Shown piece by piece: positions 11,550 through 24,540 of a stretch of 64,000 bases of DNA (position 1 is the first letter of the stretch; each line of letters starts with the position of its first letter). The position numbers and the translations under genes are program-made. The stretch covers positions 192,414,608 to 192,478,607 of the forward strand of contig NC_068981.1 of the NCBI RefSeq assembly GCF_001194135.2, in the 5' to 3' direction. The stretch comes from Octopus bimaculoides (taxonomy: Eukaryota). A model generated the notes under the pieces. That model was not told the origin of the DNA. It saw nothing but the letters and a program-made list of their open reading frames with translations, and ran no database searches.

Positions 11550-14500
11550 CTTGTCCTACCTGATCCTGATGAAGAGAAACAACTGTAGAGTCTGGTTTAC
11601 CATCAACTGTAATTTCTTCATAAAATACATTTTAACATACTGGTGTTTAGTTTTATTTATGCCATTCTAACACTTAAACACCATTAAGGTCATTTTTATT
11701 AACGGCTTTTCATTTTTAACTTTTGTTTATTGCAGTTTAGGGGATTGGTGTTAAAATGAAACGTTTGGGTGCTCTGGAAATTACCTCGAAATTTTGCTGG
11801 AGCTTTAATGTGTATAAACCTTTGCTGCTGGGGCTGTCACTGCTTTTGAAGTTCAATAATCACTGAGGCAGAATGAAAATGAGTTTCTTGCTTCGATTTT
11901 AGGGATTCCAGAACCAATTGTAGTGTTCTTTTTTTTAAAATTTTTTTTTCTTTCCAACTAGATAGTTGTTTTAATTTTTAGGTTTTGTTCCTGGGAGCCT
12001 CTAAATAGCATGACTTGTTTGTAGAATCTCGGAAATACAAGAAGCTTATTCACTGAAATATGGTTTCATAGCAATATTTTTTACATAAACCATTTAGTTA
12101 AATATTTATTAATGTTCTAAATCATTGCATTTGAATTTTAGGTATAATGCAGTGGGAAACGATATTTCAACTAAGCAATTATTATGGTCAGATGCATAGA
12201 ATAGGGGATTGGTTGATATGGAAAATAATGCGTTTGGAGCTATTTTAGGCTGGAAAAATGTTTAAAAAAAAAAAAAATTGCAAAAGTTAATGATGACAAC
12301 ACTGATAACAGATTTGAAGCTTGAATACGTTTGTGTGATGCAGAATAACTTGAAATAGAATTTCCGTTTATACAAATTGAATTTGTGGAATAATATATTC
12401 CTCATTCCATCATTTGCTCTGTGTTATTGTTGCATCCATCTCCCTTCAATTGCAGGATATTTAAAATCAACACAATGTGTGTGTTCATATTTTTGTCAGT
12501 TAAATCCTGCATGCATCCACAAGCGCCTATATTATAAGTGCAAATGAAACACTTACAGATATAACAGCTGAGGTAAACTGCTTCAAATGAGAGGGCTTTA
12601 TATTGTGGATTGCATTTGATGGCATGGCTGGTAGTGTTACGTGCAATCACTGCAGCAATTATGCCAGAGTTGTAAAGAAGTGATGATGTCAGTGTGACAT
12701 ATAATGGTACTATAAAAATTGGTTTATTGTGTGTGGTTACTTCTATTTTTTTCTTTTGTTACTGTTGTTACCACCATTACCTTTGTATCTTATATTGATA
12801 CTGTTTACAATCTGAAATAAACTTTATGGTAACCTGACAAAACATTGAAAAATTAGTTTTCATGAAGGATGCACTGTTATAAGAATAATACTTCAGGAAT
12901 TAATGTGAAGGTAAAATATGATCCAAGGTTCCATGTAAGTATGAAAGGAGAGGATGCTGTGCAGGCTGCAACAGTTGATAACTTTTGTGTCTTAGAGTCT
13001 ACAATAAAAAAAGAGCATTCAGTAGCTTTGAAATAGAAATCAGCCATCTGAAATCCAGAATTTTTTTTTTAATTTTCCCTTTTCTGAAACTTACAGAAAG
13101 GAGTCCTGTAAACAATATGTTAAATCATTTAACTATAGATGAAGAGCACGGGTTTTCTTGAAATCAGACAGACATATTTGAACATGATGTATTAAGTATG
13201 GTTTCTGGGGAAGAAGAATTTGATGTTTGGATAAGTACATTAGTTGGGTTTTTTTTTAAATTTTTTTTTTTACTTAAATGTAACCAGTGAGGCTGTGATT
13301 TATGGTGAAGGTAATGTAACAGCTTTTTTCAGTTTAACCAGCTGTGGACTACTGTAAAACCTTGCTGATATGGAGGTGAGCAACCTTTTACTCAAATCTT
13401 CCTTGGTTTCTGTAATTATATTTTCACTTTATCCAGTCACTTAATTCCACTTGCACCATTACCATAATCACTTTTGGATTACATCTTGGGTTTGGCTGGT
13501 TTTACATAAACTTTGATTTAACTTTAGTGATTGCTGTACCAACGAAAATGCTATTGTCCAGTAATGCCTAATGCTGAAAGCTTTTTGCAACCACACAGCC
13601 TGTCTATTACAACTTCTGCAGATAGTGAGAATGATCTTTTGAGAAATTGGAATCAAAGTTACACCTCTGGTTAGAGTGGATAGTTGCATAATTTGGAAGT
13701 AAAATCTGTTTCAGACAGATTGTATCAAAATAGTATAAAAGCGGAGTTTCAAGTTTACCAATGGGAGCATATTGACAGATTTTGTTTTTGAAGCCCTGAC
13801 TTCACTACATATGAGACAACCATACATTGCCACATGTGAGGGTATACTGTGCCAGAAGAAAAGCCACAAAGATATACTCCAACAAAGAATCATTGCCAAT
13901 TCTGGTTTACTTCAAGGTAAATACGTTTTTGTGTGGTTCATCAAGAGAAGGGAAGTTAATTTTTGAGTCACTAATAAATTGGTATTTTGCAAACTTGTGT
14001 TGCTTTATTTATTTCAGTCTATTTTTGCAAATCACTTACTTTTTAAAAAGTTTTTGTGGTACAATGTAGTAGAAAATGTATTTCTTTAGCAAATTTTTTG
14101 CTTTTAAGGTTTAGAAAGGTACTGTATGTCTCTAGCATGGATTTATATATAATTAGGTGTCTAGCCTATTGTGGTGCTTGGAGACGGAGATAAACTATTC
14201 CTGGATTGTTGAGGCAGCAGCTGCAGATGACAAATGGAGTTGATGTCCTTGTGAGAAGGGCTGATAGGAAATGGAAGGATTTGTGACCTGGTTGATCCAA
14301 TTCCATAAGTGTTCTGAATTGTCCAGCTACTTTTAGTTTTGATTTGGTATTCACTAGAGATTGTCTGTTTCGGGTTGTGCTCAGCTCAAATGCAATCTAG
14401 ATATTTGCAATGCTAGGTCCATGGTCAGAGAAGAGCAGCAGACTATGTACACATAAAGTAATCATCGTCTTGTACTTTGTGTTTTCCAATGCATGGGTTT

Positions 14501-16546
14501 TGAAAATTGACAAATGGTGGAGTGGAAGTAATTTTGAGATTTTGTTGCAGGACGAGGTTTTAACATGGGAAACAAAAGTTTGTGGGTTCTCCATTTTTAA
14601 TTATGTAGTCAAATCTCGACTGAAAGACACCTTGGGCAAGTTCCTTCAAAAGCCATTGGCTGACCAAAACCTGATGAGTGGATTTACTTGATGGAAGCCA
14701 AAAGCTGTTTTGTCCACACCTTGTCTTGATCTGTGGTAGCTGTAAGCAAATATTGACCAGTATAAAGTCTCTCATCTCTAATCTTACAGAAAAGTATGCT
14801 CAGCCATGGGGAAGTGTTGAATACAACCTGGTATCATGACCAAGCAAGTCTACTTATACAAAGCAAAACTGGTTTCTGCTGTTCATCAGAGGGAAGAAAT
14901 AATTACTATATAAGAAATGTTTGAAAATAGTTTCAAAAAAAAAAAATTTCCATGCTTGACAGTTACTAAAACCTGAAGACTGGATTTGTAATGCTGTTAC
15001 TGAGACTATGAGCTGGACTATAGAATCTATGCAGAGAATCCCTTTCATCTTTATGCAAATGTATCCTAAGGGGTGCTCTGCTGCAATGAGGTCATGGTGA
15101 GTTGTCTGCATTGTAACTAGCAAATCTCTGGCCAAGGTACTTTTAACTTCAGCTTAGATACCAGTTGATTGTAAGGTACATTATGCATTCTGAAGTTTCT
15201 CACCTGCTTATGCTATTATGTTAAAAGTTTGCATACTTGTTTGGCATATTTTTACAAAGGTGTTCTGTACCTGTCACTCAACATGTTAAAAGTAACTAGA
15301 ACTTTCTGAAACCACATCTTAAAAAATAAGTTTCAAGAGTGTTATCTTACGCAATATATCTAGAAAGTTAGCTGAAATTACAGCTAAATCCCAAACCTTG
15401 ACTTGGACTATGTAATACGCTGTATACTGTTAAAAATTTTTATGGTATTATGCCATCAAATTTTAAGATTTGCAGTTTGCAAATTTTCATCATAGTTCCT
15501 TCATCTCTAACTACAGTGAATTTAGATGTGGTTGACAAATGAGCACATCTTACAAGAAGACAGGTGACCATGATTCCTTAAAATAGTGGGGTCAAATATT
15601 TTGAGGTAAGGTTTTGAATGCAAAATGCCTTTCATTAAGCCTAATAAATTGAGAGATAATAAAATAGTTGCTTATGAGGCCATCTTTGTGTTCAGAACTG
15701 GTTCATGTTATTTAGTATTTCCTAATGTGCAAAAAACAATCTTACCTAATTTCCTAACAACTATCCATATGGTCATTTGTATTCATGTAATAAGGTGGTG
15801 TTTATAGGGGAATAGCTATAACAATTGAAAATGATAGCAAAATTGTCCATACTTAATGACTCAGCTTGATTGAACATGAAGTGTGTGAAGCAAAACCATT
15901 TGGTGGATCAGGGGAGTTAAATTTGGAAAAATCGACTGCATTGTTCAATCTGAAATGACTAATGTGAAATATTCATTGGAAGTTTGAATCTGTCATATGT
16001 AAAGTTGACAAATAGTTATGAAGCAACAAGTTGACATTGCATTATATTACAATTTTGGTGCTTTATTGAAAAGCATGCAAGACAACGAAAGTTTTAGGAA
16101 AATAAAAAGAAACGAGTGGAAATTTTACTGGTGAGTATTAAGGCACAAAGAGAAAATGACTCCCAAGATGTAGGGAGTAGTAAAGTTCAGAATCGGAAAT
16201 CTTTGGCAACATTGAGAAACGTATAAACTACATTTCTTTCTATTGGTATTTTCAGGTGCAACTAAAGTTACTTTTGGTCAGTTATAAATTCATGGTTGCA
16301 GGAAAAGACAGACTAGATAGAAGTATGTGCATGTGGTGAATGACGACTTGAACAGTTAGCTTGAAGCAGCAAAATAGTATTAGACAGTAGGGACTGCTCA
16401 TGGTTAGAAACTGACAAGTGACTTCATGCCAACATAAGTTATGTCCTTGTTTAAGGATGGGGGTAGCATATACCGGGTGGGCCAAATCAAAATGTTCTTA
16501 TTCCTCAAATTTTTCCAGGTGACATGAAAAAACATTTGAGCAAGGT

Positions 16547-16812
16547 TGTTACCAGTGCCGCTGGACTGGCTCCTGTGCAGGTGGCACGTAAAATACACCA
16601 TTTTGAGCATGGCCGGTGCCAGTACTGCCTGACAGGCCCTCGTGCTGGTGGCATGTATAAACACCCACTACACTCTCGGAGTGGTTGGTGTTAGGAAGGG
16701 CATCCAGCTGTAGAAACTCTGCCAGATCAGATTGGAGCCTTGTTCGCCAGTCCTCACTCAAATTGTCCAACCCATGCTAGAATGGAAGACAGACGTTAAA
16801 TGACGATGATGA
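16547..16812 (+). mobile_element. 5'-truncated copy of the RTE 3' UTR / RTE-tailed SINE (family A), (GAT)n tail
   Basis: GGTGGCACGTAAAA...GGAGTGGTTGG.GTTAGGAAGGGCATCCAGCTGTAGAAAC...CCAACCCATGC.AGCATGGAA..CGTTAAA.GATGATG; more than 15 similar copies in both orientations (e.g. 26826, 35700, 40000, 51540, 56640, 57403, 63093). Confidence 0.85.
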
Positions 16813-17873
16813 ACACTGACAAGTTACAATCTGCATCAATTTCAATAAAAGCTGAGGTGAATTCTTAATTTGTTTACTGTGTGATATTTGGTATGGATAT
16901 AATGTGTGGACTTTTTGGGACTTCACAAATGTTAGTGACTCGTATCTCATTTTCTTCACTCATTGACATCCAAATTTCAATGCATTAATCAATGAATCTT
17001 CAAATTTATCTTGGTGTTGGTGAAGTGGCAAATGCTTCTCTCCATGCTGTATGCACCTGCTCTGCATTTTCAATCTTCCAATACTGCTTTAGAATCAACT
17101 TTCTTGACTCTACAGTACCTGTAAAAAAATGAGTTAATTTAAACAGTGTATACCTACTTTTGGCTCACCCTGTATATAGACCAAGAATGGGGCTCTGAAA
17201 GTAATACAACCAAGGTATGGGCAGATTTTAGGATTAGTAGCACATATCTCCAAGGTATTAGTGATGTAATGTTTTGTTTGGGATTCTGTACAAATGAAAC
17301 TAAGTTGTAATATATAAGAATATATTCATTAAACTTGAACATTTTGTATACTTTTTGATTTTTACAAAACTGCTTAAAAATACATGGTAGTCTTATAAAT
17401 CAGGATAATAAAAACAAAATAAGGAATAGTTTCTTAAATTTTATTATTTGCCATATTAACGAATGGTATCTTTAAGTCAGAACAATTTTAAATATTAGTG
17501 ATTCTATAGAAATATTTTAAATGGAAGCAGCTTTACTCCTGACATTTGCTGGTCCTCCACGTAGATATAGTTGCATTCTTGAACAGTTACAAAGCAGGAA
17601 TGTTTGGATAAAGTCTCTAGTACCAGGTTTGGGGTGGTAAATAGAAGGGTCTGGGAGGGGGTGGCATGATATCAACCAACTCCATGCAGCAGTTAGCTAC
17701 TGTAGAAATAATAGGTGTCTTAGCCAGAGGATGGGGAACAACTTGCATGAAAATCAAGAGGTGTTCATTTTGTTTGTATGTAAGACAGTTGTATTTATTC
17801 AAAAATAAAATTCCATTGTGGGTTTTCAGCTTTGTATAAAGTGGGTCACTGACAAAGGCTGAAGTATTTTTTA

Positions 17874-20018
17874 TCAAGAGGAGATGCCACTATGAAAGAT
17901 TGCTCAATAAAGACAATGAATGGGAGAAAAAGAGTCTGCTGAATGTTGACCCAACAGAGGGACCAGCTATCCGAGTTGACAGTAGATAATGCAATTAAGA
18001 GTATGAAAACAAGGAAAGTCCCCAGCCCGTCAGGAATCACTTTAGAGATGTTCAAAATATGTGGCAGTGTCGGCTATAGCCTAGTCACCCGTATTATTAA
18101 CCAGGTGATTACACGAAGGGGTCATACCCAATGACTGGTGTAGCAGCACCATAGTCAACTGCTACAAAGGTAACGGTGACTCTTTAGATACAAATAATTA
18201 CAGAGGTATCAAGCTGTTAGATCAGGTAATGAAATTCATGGAGAGGGTCATAGCCTAACTAATTAGGGAGCGAATCAATTTAGATGAGATGCAGTTTGGG
18301 TTCGTGCCAGGTAAAAGCACCACTGATGCCATATTTCTAGTAAGACAGTTGCAGGAGAAATACCTAGCCAAGGATAAACCTCTGTACCTGGCTTTCGTTG
18401 ATATGGAGAAAGCCTTTGACAGGGTCCCCCGATCCCTTATCTGGTGGTCAATGAGGAAACTTGGGATAGAAGAATGGTTAGTGAGAGCTGTGCGAGCCAT
18501 GTACAGAGAAGCTGTCAGTAAGGTGAGGGTTAGCAATGANNNNNNNNNNNNNNNNNNNNNNNNNNNNNNNNNNNNNNNNNNNNNNNNNNNNNNNNNNNNN
18601 NNNNNNNNNNNNNNNNNNNNNNNNNNNNNNNNNNNNNNNNNNNNNNNNNNNNNNNNNNNNNNNNNNNNNNNNNNNNNNNNNNNNNNNNNNNNNNNNNNNN
18701 NNNNNNNNNNNNNNNNNNNNNNNNNNNNNNNNNNNNNNNNNNNNNNNNNNNNNNNNNNNNNNNNNNNNNNNNNNNNNNNNNNNNNNNNNNNNNNNNNNNN
18801 NNNNNNNNNNNNNNNNNNNNNNNNNNNNNNNNNNNNNNNNNNNNNNNNNNNNNNNNNNNNNNNNNNNNNNNNNNNNNNNNNNNNNNNNNNNNNNNNNNNN
18901 NNNNNNNNNNNNNNNNNNNNNNNNNNNNNNNNNNNNNNNNTTCCAGGCAGAAAAACTAGACGTAGTTGATAGCTTCCGCTATCTAGGTGACCAAGTTAGT
19001 TGTGGGGGAGGGTGCACTGAAAGTGTAGCTGCTAGAATAAGAATAGCCTGGGCAAAGTTCAGAGAGCTCTTACCTCTGCTGGTGACAAAGGGTCTCTCTC
19101 TCAGAGTAAAAGGCAGACTGTATGAACAGCCATGCTACATGGCAGTGAAACATGGGCCATAACTGCTGAGGACATGCGTAAGAGCGCAAGGAATGAAGCC
19201 AGTATGCTCCGATGGATGTGTAATGTCAGTGTGCATACTCGACAGAGTGTAAGTACCTTGAGAGAAAAGTTGAAGCATCAGTTGTGGTGTGCAAGAGAGT
19301 CGATTGAGCTGGTATGGTCATGTAGCGAGAATGGATGAGGATAGCTGTGTGAAAAGTGCCACACCCTAGCGGTTGAGGGAACCTGTGGAAGAGGCAGGCC
19401 CAGGAAGAACTGGGATGAGATGGTGAAGCCACGACCTCCGAACATTAGGCGTCACCGAGACAATGACTTCTGACCGAGACCTTTGGAAATATGCAGTATG
19501 TGAGAAGACGCGGCAAGCCAAGTGAGATCAAAATCCAAGGCCTCTGCCAGGGATGTAGCCAGCCCAGTTATGCGTACCTTTCCTCCATTGGACACTAAAA
19601 CCCTGCTTGCAAAGACCTGTTGAGACAAGTGAAATTGAAATCGAACTAAATTCAACGATTGGCCCCCATGCCAACGTCTCCTCCATTGGACACTAAACTC
19701 TGCTTGCGAAGACTTGTTGGGGCAAGCGAAAGAGATTGTTGCCAGTGCTGCTGGACTGGCTCCTGTGCAGGTGGCACGTAAAATACACCATTTTGAGCGT
19801 GGCCATTGACAATATCACCTGACTGGCCTTCGTGCCAGTGGTATGTAAAAGCACCCACTACACTTTGGAGTGGTTGGCGTTAGGAAGGGCATCCAGCTGC
19901 AGAAACTCTGCCAAATCAGATTGGAGCCTGGTGTAGCCATTTGGTTTCACCAGTCCTCAGTCAAATCGTCCAACCCATGCTAGCATGGAAAGCGGACGTT
20001 AAACAATGATGATGATGA
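17874..20018 (+). mobile_element. 5'-truncated RTE-clade LINE (RT domain, 3' UTR, (GAT)n tail), interrupted by N gap
   Basis: QFGFVPGKSTTDAIFLVRQLQEKY...AFVDMEKAFDRVPR...; after the gap FRYLGD...RIRIAWAKFRELLPLL..., MLHGSETW; continues into family A sequence and ends in GATGATGATG at 20006-20018. Confidence 0.92.
18540..18940. other. Assembly gap (N run)
   Basis: Run of n; smaller gaps at 31217-31226, 56536-56545 and 61904-61920. Confidence 1.
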
Positions 20019-21239
20019 AGAAGGCTAGTGTTTGGGATGAAGACTTTTGCTTTGTTGTTGAGGACATGGTATCATCAGTGATTCTGAGGCCTAGCATTGG
20101 TAGTGAAGTTGAGGAATTTAGATATATGCAAGTCATAACTGGAAGAGGGGAGATGCATTGTTTGAAACTAAAAGAAGAGAACTCAGGACGGCTGTCTTTA
20201 CTTTGAAGAACCTAGATATGCTTTCAATATGAGAGTACTGCTTGTGGAGCTGTTATGGTTGATAAATGGAGGATAGGAGGACACTGTAAAGTTGGTAGAG
20301 ATCATAGGGAAAAACCAGAAGGATTAGCTGCAGTTTGGGAGGTAGGTGTTTTGGAGTATGTGATGGATGAAGGCAGCTTCAATTTAAATAAGAGTCACAC
20401 AGGAGTTGCATTGGAGAATAAAAATTGTTGAAGAACCTTCCATTTCATGGTGCTGGTGGCATGTAAAAAATACCCAGTACACTCTGTAAAGTGGTTGGCA
20501 TTAAGGACATCCAGCTGAAGTGAAGAAACAATGGAGCCTGGTGTGACTCCTGTCAAACTGTCTAACCAATGTCAGCATGGAAAATGGATGCTAAATGAAT
20601 AGGATGAGATTTTTACCAAACATTCATGGTTTATGTCCAGTTTGCAGCAGGTGAATCACCCAGATGGGATAGTGTGTGTTTTGTTTGTATATGAGATGTG
20701 ATTAGGACATGCCTAAGATGGGTGGAAGACATTTTGGCATAGATGATTCAATGCTGACTTATTTGACATCAGATGTTTTAATGCATCTCTTGTTCTTTTC
20801 CCCCATTCTCTGTCTGTTCATACGAACATATTTTTCTATGTGTCTGAAGAAAGGGAAGTCATCATTATTTAACATCCATTTTCCATGCTGGCATGAGTTG
20901 GCAAGCCAGGGAGCTGCACCAGGCTCTAATTGTCTGTTTTGGCATGGTTTCTATGGCTGGATGCCCTTCCTAATGACAACCACTTTACAGAGTGTACTGG
21001 GTGTTTTCATGACACCAACATGTGAGCTTTTTACATGGCATCAGCACCCCATCAGTCATAAATGTAACATCTCACTTGCGCCCAATCTGTATATTTACTT
21101 GCATGTGCATGTGTTGCTGTCACTAAAACAGGTTGACTGAGCAGTCAGCCAAGCCAAAATAGCGGTGCCAGTTGTCTCATTCTATAACAAGACAACTTCA
21201 AATACCTGTCTGTGATATGTTAGGAATGAAGAGCATGCA

Positions 21240-21760
21240 TTTCCCCAGGAATCATCATCTGGTCAAGCTTGCTCAGACATTTTAAACCTTATTCACAATC
21301 GATCTTGGTCTTGCATTAGTTGAGGGAAGTCTTCAGGAAGGCATCCAGTGTCTCTGATGAGTTGATCTATATATGCTGTGTTCAGACGACCCACTAAAGC
21401 ATGGCTAGGCTTTGACATCCATAGCAGTTCTTGTTTAGCTCACCAGCATTGTCCTGCAAAGTGCAAGCATGTTTCCCTTATAATGGTGGAAACAAGCAGA
21501 TCTTCGTACAACTGTTTTTGCTCATAACATTCAGGTGTCAGTTCCATCTAGCTTGGATTCCAGGTTTTTAGTAAGCATCCAGGTTGTACTCCATATAAAA
21601 GGACTGACTCTATTCTTGCACAGAAAAAAATTCTCTTAAGGTTGTCTGACATGGTTGATTTCCAGACATCCAGTCTGTTTAGGGCCATCCATGCTTTGGC
21701 TGTCTGAGTTTTTACATCCTTTTCAGTTGAAGCTGTCTCGGGGATAATTCATGTAAAACT
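21240..21760 (-). mobile_element. RTE-clade LINE 3' coding fragment
   Basis: Minus strand reads AKAWMALNRLDVWKS..SDNLKRIFF...ESVLLYG and ...YIDQLIRDTGCLPED..QLMQDQDR, typical RTE C-terminal motifs. Confidence 0.65.
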
Positions 21761-21829
21761 GGTAGAAATCTGATAAACCAAAATGCCACAAGTTACAGAA
21801 GGTAGAGGTATGTATATTATGAGAGTAGT

Positions 21830-22900
21830 TAGAACAAAGTAGTGGTTGGATGATCTGACAAGTGCAGAGATGGTGATGGTTTGAGGTTTTGGAGATGAGT
21901 AAGAAGTGAAGGGTGCCTGTATGTCAGTTTTGAATATGAATAGGGGTTGAACTATGCAAAAGTTTCCATTGCTGTATCAGAGTTGGATGTGTAGAAAAGC
22001 ACTGTGAACATTGAAGTCAGATCTACATCCTTGATGCAGGAAATAATATAATCAAAAAGGTGGATGATGGGAAAGGCAGCAGATAAATAGAGATGGATGG
22101 GAAGGAAGACTTTGAATCAGAGCAAGTAGTTCAAGGAATATGCTGGTTTCTAGTAATTTTTTAAAATAGCATCTTTGATGGTTTCATGAGGCTGTTTCTG
22201 CACATTTTTAACAGTGTGGCTGACAGACCATCTGGTCTGGATGGTGAATTGGAATCTAGTTCATTAATAATTGTGAGTATATCATCTTCCATAATATTTT
22301 CAATTTCTAGACATGTCTCTGAAGTTGAATTTTGGGTTATGTACTATTTTGTTAATGATTGGTTGGGAAAATGCACTGTTATATCAGTGGCTTGAGAGTG
22401 CACATATTTTTGATGACTCATTTTGATCTATTAGAGAGCCAATCTGGTTATGAGTAGATGATTCTTGTTTTAACAAAGTGGAAAAAAGAACTTTGGATTA
22501 GATTTCATATTCTCCACTGCTCAGTGTTCCTTTAGCTAAGTTTCTTTTCATAAGATATTTTTAGGTCCAGTTCAATGTTTTTTATTTTCATATTTTTTGT
22601 TTCATAAACTCATCTTTTGAGAGGGTTTGGTTTTTAGCTGTTTTGTTAGTTTGGTTCTGTTACACATTAATATCTATTTATCTCATGGAATCAAGTTCTT
22701 GCGGAAATAGGTGTGTTTATGTGGGGAATGCTTTTGATAGATCTCGATTAACTTTTCATTGAGAAACTTGAGGTTGCTAATCTGCTGAGACTAGTTTGTT
22801 TTGAGGATCTCAGTTTCAATTTTCTTCCACTCAGCTGTCCTGAAATTCAAGTTCATGAGGAGTGAGTTGTGTGTGTTGTCCTCTTTGAACCATATATAGA
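21830..22900 (-). mobile_element. Degenerate CR1/L2-like LINE pieces (APE and RT motifs)
   Basis: Minus-strand remnants DFNVHS (near 22010), LSDH (near 21855) and DLSKAF (near 22730); frames broken. Confidence 0.45.
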
Positions 22901-23099
22901 TAATTGTATCATGTTGTGGTTAGAAATAGTTGTTGAGATGATCTGAACATTCCAAATGAAGCCTGTATTGGTGATAAAAACTAGGTTGACATTACTTGTG
23001 GACAGGTAATGATTTATTGCATGAGAAAAGCTTCAGTGGTGTCTGGAAGACAAGGAGAGCAGTCACATCATCACTCTTGTTTAGTTCCAGGTTGGATAT

Positions 23100-23750
23100 A
23101 GCCCTCAGGCCATTTGAGACCAAGAAAATCGAAGTTCCCTAAGAAAAGTACATTGGCCTGTGGGCTAGCATCACATAGGGTTTGACTAATAACAAAGCAT
23201 ACCTGAAGTGATTTACCTGGTTAACCGCGTCAGGAGAACAGTTGGTAAAGCCTATGATCATATTAAGGTCGATAACATCTCAGTGTGTGGGATTGGGAGA
23301 GGAGGACATCTGTGCCTAGGTCTTCACGGTTGAGGAGCGCTACTCTTCCTTGTTTCAGTATTCTATGATCAATTGTGTGTAGTATATAACTAAATACGTG
23401 TACTTCTGCATCGAATATACCTGGAATCAGGTGTGTCTCAGTAACAACGAAGAAAGCAATGTGATGAGGATGGTCGAAAAGCCAATTTTCAACGAGTTGA
23501 ATTTTCCATTTTTTTGCATTGCAGGATGGATTAATGCCTTGTGCATCCAGCAAAAATGTTGGGATTGGAATAATATCTCGATTACACTTTTTTAGGGGCC
23601 TCGAAAGAGACTCATGACTTAATGGCAGCGAGGAGGGTAATTTTTGCACTGGGGTAGTGTGTGATAGCTAAGATATTTTTCTGAATCTCTTTTGTTAGAT
23701 TCCGCATGAATAAAAAAGAATTTACCTGGTCACGGAGCATTTGGTGGCTG
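23100..23750 (-). mobile_element. LINE ORF2 N-terminal APE endonuclease fragment
   Basis: ORF 23263-23649: DAQGINP..K..IQLVEN...FFVVTETHLIPGIFDAEVHV..Y.L...DHR..KQGRVALLNREDL matches APE motifs I-III. Confidence 0.75.
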
Positions 23751-24370
23751 AAGTTGTGGTTATACTGACACTTTTGTCGGTTGTTTGTTTTGTTTAATGT
23801 GTGTGTGTGTAGGAATACCAATATATATACATACACATACTCATAAATATGCTCTCCATATAGTATAAGGTGCCAATTCAATCTACGCAAATCTTTAAAT
23901 ACAATTTGGAGTTGTGCCTTTATAAAGAAATCTTTTAAAAATTGAAAAAAGAGATATATAAAGGTTCTTTTACCTATCATTTTTATTCATCACGAAGAAA
24001 AAAAATTTTCTTGCTCCTATTCCAACTTCTGCTGTTTCATCGTGTTTTAGAAAATCTGTCTATACCAACTATATATACTATATATGCAAGTACTCTATCC
24101 ACAAACACTATTTATTTGTGCGTATCATCTAAATTTGGTCTGATAGTTCGGGTGTGTGTTTTTTTTAATAACAAAACACCAACGATACATGTATTAATTG
24201 TTTAAATCAATAACAAAATCGTTGTATGACATTTCAAAACGAGTGAATACTACTGAAGATCATTATTAGTGATCGCTAAAAATGTCTGGAAGAAGAAAAT
24301 AACATCATTATATTGAACGATATATTCACCTAGAACATGCCTATATATTTCGGAAGTAATTCTTAAAAAT

Positions 24371-24440
24371 CCCGCAAAATATTTCGCGGGGTTACTAAGG
24401 TATTGGAGCATGCGCAAAGCAACGCGGCCATTTTCGAAAG
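24371..24440 (+). promoter_or_regulatory. Putative CEP76 proximal promoter
   Basis: CpG cluster with inverted E2F-like pair CCCGCAAAATATTTCGCGGG 24371-24390, reverse CCAAT 24402-24406, NRF1-like GCATGCGCA 24408-24416, YY1-like CGGCCATTTT 24425-24434. Confidence 0.55.
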
Positions 24441-24477
24441 CACGTCCGACAAATTCAGTGATGGACATGTTGTAAAT

Positions 24478-24540
24478 ATGGATTTAAAATCAGACAAAGT
24501 AATTCAGTTAAAACAGAGGGTCCAAAATCATTTAGCCCAG
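24478..24540 (+). CDS. CEP76: Centrosomal protein of 76 kDa, coding exon 1 (MDLKSDKVIQLKQRVQNHLAQ)
   Basis: Resembles vertebrate CEP76 N-terminus (MSLPPEKASELKQLIHQQLSK); donor CAG|GTAAGG, phase 0. Confidence 0.85.

Noticed and set aside
11566-11582. CTGATGA-AGA-GAAAC resembling a hammerhead core in the SRSF2 UTR
   Set aside because: No room for stem II and no stem I or III pairing.
12680-12815. C-box GTGATGA and distant CTGA suggesting a C/D snoRNA
   Set aside because: No terminal stem or recognisable rRNA guide; TGATGA is ubiquitous here from (GAT)n tails.
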